A stretch of 64,000 nucleotides of DNA, from positions 84,248 to 148,247 of the forward strand of contig CBDCBB010000004.1 of NCBI GenBank assembly GCA_965214155.1. Reading direction: 5' to 3'. A model generated the notes under the pieces. That model was not told where the DNA came from. It made no database searches and saw only the letters and a list, made by a program, of their open reading frames with translations. This DNA comes from Phycisphaeraceae bacterium. Its GTDB lineage: Bacteria > Planctomycetota > Phycisphaerae > Phycisphaerales > Phycisphaeraceae. Made by a program: the position numbers and the translations under genes. Shown here piece by piece: positions 30,079 through 38,483 of the stretch. Positions within the stretch are counted from its first letter, which is position 1; each line of letters starts with the position of its first letter.

Positions 30079-31776
30079 TCAGGTTTTTGGGTGCGGCTTT
30101 GCCGACGAGCGGGGGTGCAGAGTGTCGAGATCAGCAAGCACCCGCCGCTCGATCGCGGTGGGCAGGGCGTTCAACCCCGCGTACTCGAGCCAGCCGTTGG
30201 ACACGCCCACGCCGGCTCCGGTGGAGCGGGACAACTCCATCTGCCGGTCCCAAAAGTAGGTCCAGTGCCACGCTCCGGGCAGCCACCGCCGCGTACCCAG
30301 CACCGAAGCGAACCCGCCCGAGGCGCGTCGGTACTGCGGCTGGCCCAGCAGGAACTCGTACGCATGGTCGCCCGCCTCGCCGTCGCACCAGAGCACGAAG
30401 CTCGCGTAGCCGCAATCGGAGGTGAACAGCGCCTTGTCGTCGCCGTAGGAGCGGATCAGCGCCCGCAGCCGTTTGGTGAACGGGATCATGTGCCGCGACA
30501 GCGGGCCGGCGCGGTCGGGGTGGTGGTCGTAGCCCAGCCCGGCGAAGGTCTCGTCCACGACGATGCCGTCGGGGTCGAGCAGCTCCATGATGTGGCGGAC
30601 CTGCCCGAGAAGGTGTTCGCGCCACGCCTCGGCGGCGATGGACATGTGGAAGTTCTGGCCGACGGTCTCGGGCCCGTTCCACGGGAAGGCGATGCGCAGG
30701 CCGTCGGGCCCGACCATGACCGCGTCGCGGAGGTCCGGGTACAGGTCGCTGGCGCTGTCGAACAGGGCCTGGTGGATGTAGATGGTGGCGCGGCTGCCGG
30801 CGGCGCGGGTGCGGCGGATGCGGTCACGCATCAGGTCGAGGGACATCTCGAACGGCACCGAGTTGTCGCCCCGCATCGCGAGCCACTTGTCGCGGCCGGG
30901 GCGGAGGTAGTCGCCGATGCCGGGGTAGTACGCGTGCTGGGTTGCCATCCCCACATGAAAATCGGCGAACCGTTCGGCATCGCGATCGAAGCCCCGGCCC
31001 CGCGGCCCGCCGGGCGTCTCGGCGGAAAGAAAGTCGTAGTAGTGCACCTTCGCCTCGCTCGGCCACGCCGCGGCGGGACCGGCCGGGGGCGCGGCGTGAC
31101 GGTGGAACGCCGCCCAGCCGGCCCGCCCGTCGTCGTCGCTCACGTGCAGCCACACCCGCACCTCGCGCCGCTCGCCCGGCACCAGCGCCAGCCGGGTCCG
31201 CATCGTCCACGCGGGCAGCGGGTCCGTGATCCGCCCCTGATAGGCAATCCGCCACGGCAGTTCCACGTCCCCGAACAGGGTCAGCCGCGGCTCCAGGTCC
31301 CGCTGAGACCACTGCACCAGGGGGACCAGCAGCGGCCGCGTCGTCGTCCGCGTCGACGGGTCGCTCGCGGCCGGCTCGAGGTAGAACGCCTCAAACGCCC
31401 CAAGCACGCCGACCTCCGCCCGCGGGTCCGGGTCAGCCACCGGCCCGAGGAACGACAGCGCCGGGTGATGCGTCGTCGCATACACCGCGATCGGAAACTC
31501 CGCGACGGTGCGGTTAAACAGCGGCGACGGCATCACCGCCGTCGACACCGCGACCGTCGCCGTCACGCCCACCGGCCCGGGGTTGTCCAGGGTCAGCGTC
31601 AGGCACGCCACGTCCGCATCGCCCGGCGGCACGGTCAGGTCTTCCTCGACCCGCACCGCCACCGGATTGACCCCGCCCACGAGCACCTCCCCCCGGCCGA
31701 CGAACAGCGGCTCACCGCCGACGCTCGCCGCGGTCGGCCGGCCCCGCTCGTCTACCGCCCACTCGATGCGCTCCAT
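30079..31776 (-). CDS. Uncharacterised glycoside-hydrolase-like TIM-barrel protein
   Basis: ATG 31776 with GGAAGG; N-terminal beta domain, then HYYDF, IYIHQ, DGIVVDETF, SDCG, DGEAGDH. Confidence 0.65.
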   Translation of the reverse strand: MERIEWAVDERGRPTAASVGGEPLFVGRGEVLVGGVNPVAVRVEEDLTVPPGDADVACLTLTLDNPGPVGVTATVAVSTAVMPSPLFNRTVAEFPIAVYATTHHPALSFLGPVADPDPRAEVGVLGAFEAFYLEPAASDPSTRTTTRPLLVPLVQWSQRDLEPRLTLFGDVELPWRIAYQGRITDPLPAWTMRTRLALVPGERREVRVWLHVSDDDGRAGWAAFHRHAAPPAGPAAAWPSEAKVHYYDFLSAETPGGPRGRGFDRDAERFADFHVGMATQHAYYPGIGDYLRPGRDKWLAMRGDNSVPFEMSLDLMRDRIRRTRAAGSRATIYIHQALFDSASDLYPDLRDAVMVGPDGLRIAFPWNGPETVGQNFHMSIAAEAWREHLLGQVRHIMELLDPDGIVVDETFAGLGYDHHPDRAGPLSRHMIPFTKRLRALIRSYGDDKALFTSDCGYASFVLWCDGEAGDHAYEFLLGQPQYRRASGGFASVLGTRRWLPGAWHWTYFWDRQMELSRSTGAGVGVSNGWLEYAGLNALPTAIERRVLADLDTLHPRSSAKPHPKT

Positions 31777-31791
31777 CTGCACCTTCCCGGG

Positions 31792-31819
31792 TTGCGAAAA
31801 AATAAGTACGACTTATCAT
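31792..31819 (+). promoter_or_regulatory. Sigma70 promoter of FadR gene with FadR-type operator
   Basis: TTGCGA 31792-31797, 16 nt, TATCAT 31814-31819; palindrome ATAAGT-acg-ACTTAT at 31802-31816; ATG 7 nt after -10. Confidence 0.7.
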
Positions 31820-31826
31820 CCGCATC

Positions 31827-32561
31827 ATGGCCTTCGCCGCCGCCTCACGCAAGTCCAGCCACACCCGCGTCACCGAGACGCTCGGCCGACGCATCGTCCG
31901 GGGCTCCTACCCCAGCGGCGACCTCCTGCCCCACGAGGCGCGGCTGACCGTCGGCCTGTCCGTCAGCCGCACCATCCTCCGCGAGTCGCTCCGCACCCTC
32001 TCGGCCAAGGGGATGATCGAGGCCCGACAACGCGTCGGCACCCGCGTCACCGACCGCCGGCGGTGGAACCTCCTCGACGAGGACGTCATCGGCTGGCACG
32101 TCCTCGAACGCCGCCACCACCCCGACCTGTTCCGCCAGGTGGTCGAGGCTCGGATGGTGGTCGAGCCCGTCGCCGCGGCCATGGTCGCCCACCGCGCCGA
32201 CGCCCGGGACGTCGCGGCCATCGAGGAGGCGCTGCACCGCATGACAACGGCGGGCGCGGACCTGACCGCGTACCTCGACGCGGACGTGGTGTTCCACCGA
32301 TCCATTTACGACGCCGCGGGCAACGAACTCTTGGGGCAGATGGGCAACGTCCTGATCGCGGCGCTGCACCTGAGCCATGCGGTGACGTCGCGGGTCCCCG
32401 ACGCGATCGGCCGGTCGCTGCCGCTGCACGTCAAGCTGGTCGAGGCGATCCGTCGCCGCTCGCCCGCCGCCGCCCGCCGCGCCACCGAACGGCTGATCCG
32501 CTGCGTGATTGAGGACCTCGAGGCGACGCTCGGCTGCACGCTGGAAGTGGGGCCGCTGTGA
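31827..32561 (+). CDS. FadR/GntR family regulator (FCD domain)
   Basis: LPHEARL...VSRTILRESLRTL...RQRVGTRV; EARMVVEP; DVVFHRSI. Confidence 0.92.
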   Translation: MAFAAASRKSSHTRVTETLGRRIVRGSYPSGDLLPHEARLTVGLSVSRTILRESLRTLSAKGMIEARQRVGTRVTDRRRWNLLDEDVIGWHVLERRHHPDLFRQVVEARMVVEPVAAAMVAHRADARDVAAIEEALHRMTTAGADLTAYLDADVVFHRSIYDAAGNELLGQMGNVLIAALHLSHAVTSRVPDAIGRSLPLHVKLVEAIRRRSPAAARRATERLIRCVIEDLEATLGCTLEVGPL

Positions 32562-33511
32562 CATTCGCCCGCGGCACCGAGGAGCTCCGCGACGGGCTGT
32601 GGCGGCTGAACGAGCCGCTGGGCAGCCGGTTGCTGTCGTACTACGCCTTGCGGCAGGACGGCGGGTGGCTGCTGTGGGACGCGGGCCTGCCCGGGTCGAT
32701 CACCGGGCGGCTTGACACGGGCACCTGGGGCGGGGCCGTCACCGGCCTGATCGTCTCGCACGCCGACGCCGACCACCTCGGCGACGCCGCCCGGCTCCGC
32801 GAGCGCTTCCCGGAGCTGTCCATCCGCTGCCACCCAGCCGACCGCGCGTGGATCGAGGACCACGACCTGCTCACCGCCGAACGCTACGACCACGCCCGGA
32901 GCCGCTACGGCTACGCGTACCCCGACGAATTGCTCACCGCCCTGCGCGGCGTGTGCGGCGACGACTTCCGGGTCGATGCCACGCTCGACGACGGCGACAC
33001 GGTCGACGCGGCGGGGGTCGCCTGGCGCGTGATGCACGCCCCGGGTCACAGCCCCGGGCACCTGTGCCTGTGGTGCGAGGCGACGGGCGTGCTGCTGCTT
33101 AGCGACGCGGCGCTCGGCCGCGGCGCGCCCGACGCGGCGGGCCGCCCGTCGATGCCGCCGACGCACCAGCACGTCGCGCCGTACCTGGACACCCTCGACC
33201 GGCTCGCGGCGCTCCCCGTCACGACGGCGCTGCCGGCCCACTGGGAGCCGTTGGACGGCGAGACGTTCCAACGGTTCATCCGCGAAAGCCGCGAGGTGGT
33301 CTACCGCGACCTGGCGACCGTGGAGGAGGCGGTGCGTCGCGGCGAGGCGACGACCTTCTCCGGGTTGATGTCGGTGCTCAACGGCCGCTGGTCGACCTGG
33401 CCCGAGTCGGAGGACGGCCACTACTTCTACGCGCTGGCGGGCTACCTCGAGCACCTGGAAGCGGCGGGTGCGATCCGTATCGATGCCGAGGGAAAGGCGG
33501 AGCCGGCATGA
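32558..33511 (+). CDS. Metallo-beta-lactamase-fold hydrolase
   Basis: SHADADH, HAPGHSPGH, LSDA, PAHW; GTGA-coupled to FadR. Confidence 0.85.
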   Translation: MTFARGTEELRDGLWRLNEPLGSRLLSYYALRQDGGWLLWDAGLPGSITGRLDTGTWGGAVTGLIVSHADADHLGDAARLRERFPELSIRCHPADRAWIEDHDLLTAERYDHARSRYGYAYPDELLTALRGVCGDDFRVDATLDDGDTVDAAGVAWRVMHAPGHSPGHLCLWCEATGVLLLSDAALGRGAPDAAGRPSMPPTHQHVAPYLDTLDRLAALPVTTALPAHWEPLDGETFQRFIRESREVVYRDLATVEEAVRRGEATTFSGLMSVLNGRWSTWPESEDGHYFYALAGYLEHLEAAGAIRIDAEGKAEPA

Positions 33512-34302
33512 GCGAGGTCATCGGCAAGGGGCTGCTCGACGGGGTGCGGGCCGTCGTCACCGGCGGCGGGCAGGGCCTGGGCCACAGCATCGCCGCGCGC
33601 TTCGCCGCGTGCGGGGCGACGGTAGCGATCCTCGACCGCGACGGGCCGCTGGCCGGGCAGGCCGCCGCCGCGCTGCCGGGCGGGGGGCACCTCGGCCTGG
33701 CCGCGGACGTGACCGTCGCCGCCGAGCGCGAGGAGGCGGTAGGCGAAGCGATCGACCGCCTCGGCGGGCTTGACGTGCTGGTCAACAACGCCGGCATCCA
33801 GCTCCACGCGCCCGCCGAGGACATCACGGCGGAGCAGTGGGAGAAGGTCCTGAGCGTCAATCTCACGGCGGCGCTGATGATGAGTCAACTCGCCGCGCGG
33901 CACCTCATCGCCCGGGGCAGCGGCGGGTCCATCGTCAACATCGGCAGCCTCGGCTCGCTCCTGGCGATGCCCCGACGGACGATCTACGGCACGTCCAAGA
34001 CCGCCGTGCTCGGGCTCACCCGCCACCTCGCCGTGGACTGGGCCCGCCACGCCATCCGCGTCAACGCCGTCTGCCCCGGCTACCACCGCACCCCGCTCTA
34101 CGAGGACTACGTCCGACGCGGCGCCATCGACGAAGACCGCATCCTCAACCGCATCCCGATGCGACGCCTGGGCGCACCCGACGACGTCGCCGACGCGGCG
34201 GTCTTCCTCGCCTCGCCCCTGTCGTCGTACCTCACCGGCCAGGCCCTCACCGTCGACGGGGGCTACTCCGTCTATGGCGCGGCGGAGGACACCCCTTCGT
34301 GA
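33508..34302 (+). CDS. SDR oxidoreductase
   Basis: TGGGQGLG, NNAG, YGTSK, VNAVCPG. Confidence 0.92.
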   Translation: MSEVIGKGLLDGVRAVVTGGGQGLGHSIAARFAACGATVAILDRDGPLAGQAAAALPGGGHLGLAADVTVAAEREEAVGEAIDRLGGLDVLVNNAGIQLHAPAEDITAEQWEKVLSVNLTAALMMSQLAARHLIARGSGGSIVNIGSLGSLLAMPRRTIYGTSKTAVLGLTRHLAVDWARHAIRVNAVCPGYHRTPLYEDYVRRGAIDEDRILNRIPMRRLGAPDDVADAAVFLASPLSSYLTGQALTVDGGYSVYGAAEDTPS

Positions 34303-35408
34303 GCGGCACGATCCGCAAGCTCGACGCCTTCGAGGTTACGGTGCCCCTGCCCCGGCCCCTCGCCCTCGGCGGGATGTCCATCGCCGACCGGCGCTATTGC
34401 ATCGTCCGCATCGAGGACGGCGACGGCCGCGTCGGCGTCGCCTACGGCCTGACCCGCAACGCGCCGGTCGCCGCCACCGTCGCCCGCACCGTCGCGCCGC
34501 TGTGGCAGGGCGCTGCGCTCGACGGCCACCACACCCTGTACGAGAAGACGGTCCGCGCCAACGTCTGCCTCGGGACCGGCGGCATCTTCTGGCGGGCGCT
34601 CAGCCTGTGCGACTGCGCGCTGTACGACCTGCTCGCGCAGCGGGCGGGGCAGCCGCTCGGGGTATTCCTCGGCGGAATGCGGCGGCGCGTGAAACATCTG
34701 CTGGTGGGGGGCTACCCGTCGCCGGACGAGACGGCCGAGGCGCTGGCGGAACAGATGCACGCGCTGGCGTCGCAGCGACCCGACGGCGTCAAGGTCGCGA
34801 GTTGCGGCGACTTCGCCCGGGATGTGCAACGCCTCGAAACCTGCCGCGGGGCGCTCGGCGGGGACACGCCGCTGATGCTCGACCTGTTCTGGCAGGTCAA
34901 CGACCCCCGGGCTTTCGCGAAGCAGGCCGCCGGGCTGACCGGGCTCGGGATGGGCTGGATCGAGGACCCCGTCGGGTTCGACGACTACGACGGCCTCAAG
35001 ACGCTCCGCCGCACGCTCGACGTGCCGATCGCGATGGGCGACGAGCAGAGCGGCCGGCGCACGTTCGAGCAGCTGACCCGGCCGGGGCGGGTCGACGTCG
35101 TGCGGCTGGACGCGACGGTGTGCGGCGGCGTCCGCGCCTTCATCGCCATCGCCGCGATGGCGCAGGAGCGGGGACTGAAAGTCGCCTGTCACATGGCGGA
35201 CCAGTTGCACCTGCAACTGGCGCACGCCGCGCCGAACGTGGCGTGGGTCGAGCGGATGCCCGAGGCGCTGGGCCTGGACTCGGCGCACCTGCTGTGGGCC
35301 GACGCCGGCGACCGTGGCGGGCCGACCCCCGCGACGCCTCGGCCGGGCGTCGGCATCGTGTGGGATGATGAGGCGTTGGAGCGGTACCGGAGTGCGGCGT
35401 CATGGTGA
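34299..35408 (+). CDS. Mandelate racemase/muconate lactonizing enzyme (enolase superfamily) protein
   Basis: GTG 34299; CDCALYDL, metal ligands LDL/WIEDP/GDEQ, DATVCGG, CH. Confidence 0.88.
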   Translation: MSGTIRKLDAFEVTVPLPRPLALGGMSIADRRYCIVRIEDGDGRVGVAYGLTRNAPVAATVARTVAPLWQGAALDGHHTLYEKTVRANVCLGTGGIFWRALSLCDCALYDLLAQRAGQPLGVFLGGMRRRVKHLLVGGYPSPDETAEALAEQMHALASQRPDGVKVASCGDFARDVQRLETCRGALGGDTPLMLDLFWQVNDPRAFAKQAAGLTGLGMGWIEDPVGFDDYDGLKTLRRTLDVPIAMGDEQSGRRTFEQLTRPGRVDVVRLDATVCGGVRAFIAIAAMAQERGLKVACHMADQLHLQLAHAAPNVAWVERMPEALGLDSAHLLWADAGDRGGPTPATPRPGVGIVWDDEALERYRSAASW

Positions 35409-36187
35409 GCATCGACCTGAACGGGCAGAACATCCTGTTGACCGGTGCGCTCGGCGCGATCGCGGAGTTCGTCGTGCGGCGGCTGACCGAGGCCGGGGCG
35501 ACGGTGTGGTGCACCGACGTCGCGGCGCCGGAGGCGGCGCGGCAGACGCTCGACGGCTGGGGCATCCCCGAGGCGCAGTCGCCCTACGCCAAGATGGACG
35601 TGACCGACGCGGCGGCGGTCGACCGCGTCGTGGCGGGGCTCATCGACGCGCACGGCCCGGTGGACGTCTGCCTCGGCCACGCGGGGGGCTGCGGGATGCA
35701 CCCCTTCGCCACGACCGAACCGGCCGAGTACGAACGCATCTTCCGTTTCAACTACTTCGGCCAGGTGAACCTCACCCGCGCCGTCACCCGGCACTGGCGC
35801 GACGGCGACCGGGCCGGGCACATGATCTATACCTCGTCGCTGGTCGGGTCGATCCCCTGGCCGGACCTCGCGGCGTACAACTCGGCCAAGGCGGCGCTCG
35901 AGATGTTCGCTAAGACGATGGCCCTCGAACACGCGGACCGCGGCATCCGTTTCAACGTCGTCGCCCCCGGCCACGTCGCCGCGGGCTCGGCCCTCAAGGT
36001 TTACCAAGAGGACCCGGCGTACCGACGTATGACCGACCGTGTCATCCCGCTCAAGCGGCTGGTCCGTCCCGAGGGCATCGCCGACGCGCTGCTCTTCCTC
36101 TGCTCGCCGCTGGCGGGCGAGGTCAACGGGCAGGTGATCCACGTCGATCTAGGAACCAGCATCCCCAAATTAGGAGGTGAAGCGTGA
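35402..36187 (+). CDS. SDR oxidoreductase (atypical Gly-rich motif)
   Basis: LTGALGAIA, YNSAK, FNVVAPG. Confidence 0.88.
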   Translation: MVSIDLNGQNILLTGALGAIAEFVVRRLTEAGATVWCTDVAAPEAARQTLDGWGIPEAQSPYAKMDVTDAAAVDRVVAGLIDAHGPVDVCLGHAGGCGMHPFATTEPAEYERIFRFNYFGQVNLTRAVTRHWRDGDRAGHMIYTSSLVGSIPWPDLAAYNSAKAALEMFAKTMALEHADRGIRFNVVAPGHVAAGSALKVYQEDPAYRRMTDRVIPLKRLVRPEGIADALLFLCSPLAGEVNGQVIHVDLGTSIPKLGGEA

Positions 36188-36495
36188 TCTACGAGTGGCG
36201 GGTTTATACGTGCCGGCCCGGGACCGCGGGCGAGGTGCTGCGGCTGTGGGAGGAGCGCGGCCGGGCGATGCTCGAGCCGTACTTCGAGATGGCCGGGCAG
36301 TGGACCGGCGAGTCGGGCGTGGGCAACCGCATCTACACGCTGTGGGTCTTCCGCGACCTCAACCACCGGCAGGAGGCGCGGCGGGCGCTGCTGAAGCACC
36401 CCGGCTTCGCGGAGTACCTCGCCGAATGCCGGGCGTACTACGTCGAGCAGGAGGCGGTGTTCTTGTCGCCCACGCCGCTGAGCCCGCTGCAGTGA
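36184..36495 (+). CDS. NIPSNAP family protein
   Basis: MIYEWRVY...NRIYTLWVFRDLNHRQEAR...LSPTPLSPLQ. Confidence 0.88.
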   Translation: MIYEWRVYTCRPGTAGEVLRLWEERGRAMLEPYFEMAGQWTGESGVGNRIYTLWVFRDLNHRQEARRALLKHPGFAEYLAECRAYYVEQEAVFLSPTPLSPLQ

Positions 36496-36503
36496 GGGTG
36501 CCG

Positions 36504-37649
36504 ATGCGACTGAGAGGCTTGACCTGGCAGAACCCGCGGGGCTACGACCCGCTCGTCGCGACGGCGGGGGCGTGGGCGGAGCGTGAGCCAGACGTGGAGG
36601 TCGCGTGGGAGGCGCTGCCGTGGATCGACTTTGAGCACCGGTTGATCGACTCGTTCGAAGGTCGGGCCGAGCCGTACGACCTGGTGATGCTGGACCACCC
36701 GTGGGTCGGGACGCTGTCGTCGCGGGGCTGGCTGCGGGCGTGGGACGAGCTGGCGGAGCCGGACTATTTGGCCGAGCTGCGGGGGCGGGTGGTCGCGCCG
36801 AGTTACGAGAGCTACGTGTGGGGCGGCCGGCTGTGGGCGCTGCCGGTGGACGCGGCGTGCCACGCGGGGCTGATCCGGCGCGACCTGGTGGACGCGGCGG
36901 ACCTGCCGCGAGAGTGGCGCGACATCGCGGCCTGGGCGGCCGACTACCGCTCGCCGACGGTGCGGTACCCGCTGGTGCTGAGCGTGAGTTCGGTGCTGGG
37001 CCACTGCCTGTTCCTGGCGTTGATGCAGGCGCGGGGGACGCCGCCTTACACCGAGGCGGAGCGTCCGCGGTGCGACCGCGACGCGGCCGCCGACGTGCTG
37101 GAGGCCATCGTGGACCTCTTGCGGTTCGTGCCGCCGGAATCGGCGCGGTGGGGGCCGTGGGACATCTACGAGCACCTGACGGCCCACGACGACGTCGCGT
37201 GGAGCCCGCAGATCTTCGCGTACGTCAACTACTTCGACGCCGCTTCGCCGCGGCGGCTCAAGCTCGTCGACTGCCCGTCGTGGAGCGGGCACGAGGCGAC
37301 GCCGATCCTCGGCGGGGTGGGGCTGGCGGTGAGCGCCCGGTCGCAGCACCCCGACGCCGCCGCGGCGTACGCCCGCTTCACGATGTCCGAGCCGGCGCAG
37401 CGCGACCTCTTCCCCCACCACCGCGGCCAGCCCGCGGCCCGGTCGGTCTGGACCGACCCCCACCTCAACCGCCCGGCCGACGGCTTCTATACCGACCTGC
37501 TCCCGCAGATGCGGCGGAGCTTCGTCCGGCCCCGCTACCCCGGCTTCCACGACCTCGAACTCCGCAACGCCGACGTGCTGCAACGCCTGTGGGACGGCGA
37601 CGCCACGATCCCGCAGACCGTCGCCGCGCTGCACGATCCGCTGGGTTGA
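36504..37649 (+). CDS. ABC-type sugar solute-binding (family 1) fold protein lacking a signal peptide
   Basis: MRLRGLTWQNPRGYDP, YDLVMLDHPWVG, SYVWGGRLWALPVDAA, ILGGVGLAVS. Confidence 0.8.
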   Translation: MRLRGLTWQNPRGYDPLVATAGAWAEREPDVEVAWEALPWIDFEHRLIDSFEGRAEPYDLVMLDHPWVGTLSSRGWLRAWDELAEPDYLAELRGRVVAPSYESYVWGGRLWALPVDAACHAGLIRRDLVDAADLPREWRDIAAWAADYRSPTVRYPLVLSVSSVLGHCLFLALMQARGTPPYTEAERPRCDRDAAADVLEAIVDLLRFVPPESARWGPWDIYEHLTAHDDVAWSPQIFAYVNYFDAASPRRLKLVDCPSWSGHEATPILGGVGLAVSARSQHPDAAAAYARFTMSEPAQRDLFPHHRGQPAARSVWTDPHLNRPADGFYTDLLPQMRRSFVRPRYPGFHDLELRNADVLQRLWDGDATIPQTVAALHDPLG

Positions 37650-37700
37650 ACCCGTTCCCGTCCCCGCCTTGGATAAGACGCCCCGGCCCCACCGACACCC

Positions 37701-38483
37701 GTGACTACTCCTCAAACCAATCCGCCCCCCGGCTCAATCCACTCGCTCGCCGGGCACGTCGCCCTGATCACCGGCGGCGGGTCGGGCATCGGGCTGGGGA
37801 TCGCCCGGGCCTATGTCGATGCCGGAGCCAAAGTGGTCCTGATTGGCCGTCGTGAGGGCCCTCTGCAGGAAGCGTGCGGCTTGCTGGGTGATGCGGCGAC
37901 GTGGCGGGCGTTGGACCTCCAGAACCTCGCGGGCATCCCGGCGTTGGTGGACGACGTGAAGCAGGCGGGCACGCCGCCGACGCTGCTGGTCCACGCCGCG
38001 GGCATCCATCGCAAGGCGTCCTTGAGCAACACCTCCGACGCCGACCTGGCGGAGATGTGGCAGGTCCACGTCGCCGCGGGTTTTGCGCTGGCCCGGGCCA
38101 TGCACGGCACGATGTGCGGAGCGAACGGCTCGATCCTCTGGATCGCGTCGATGGCGGCACTGATCGGCCTGCCGCACGTCTCGGCTTACTCCGCGGCGAA
38201 GAGCGCCGTCACCGGCCTGGTGCGGGGCCTTGCCGACGAGCTCGCCGCGTCGGGCATCCGCGTCAACGCCATCGCCCCGGGCTGGATCGACACGCCCCTG
38301 CTCCGTGCCGCGCTCGACCGCGACCCGGCCCGCCGCGACCGTATCCTGCAACGCACCCCGCTCGGCCGCTTCGGTAGCGTCGAAGAAGTCGGCCACGTCG
38401 CCGCCTTCCTCGCCTCCCCCGCGGCCAGCTTCATCACCGGCACCGTCCTCCCCGTCGACGGCGGAGCCGCGGTCGGCTTCTAG
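37701..38483 (+). CDS. SDR oxidoreductase (gluconate 5-dehydrogenase-like)
   Basis: TGGGSGIG, YSAAK, VNAIAPGW. Confidence 0.9.
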   Translation: MTTPQTNPPPGSIHSLAGHVALITGGGSGIGLGIARAYVDAGAKVVLIGRREGPLQEACGLLGDAATWRALDLQNLAGIPALVDDVKQAGTPPTLLVHAAGIHRKASLSNTSDADLAEMWQVHVAAGFALARAMHGTMCGANGSILWIASMAALIGLPHVSAYSAAKSAVTGLVRGLADELAASGIRVNAIAPGWIDTPLLRAALDRDPARRDRILQRTPLGRFGSVEEVGHVAAFLASPAASFITGTVLPVDGGAAVGF

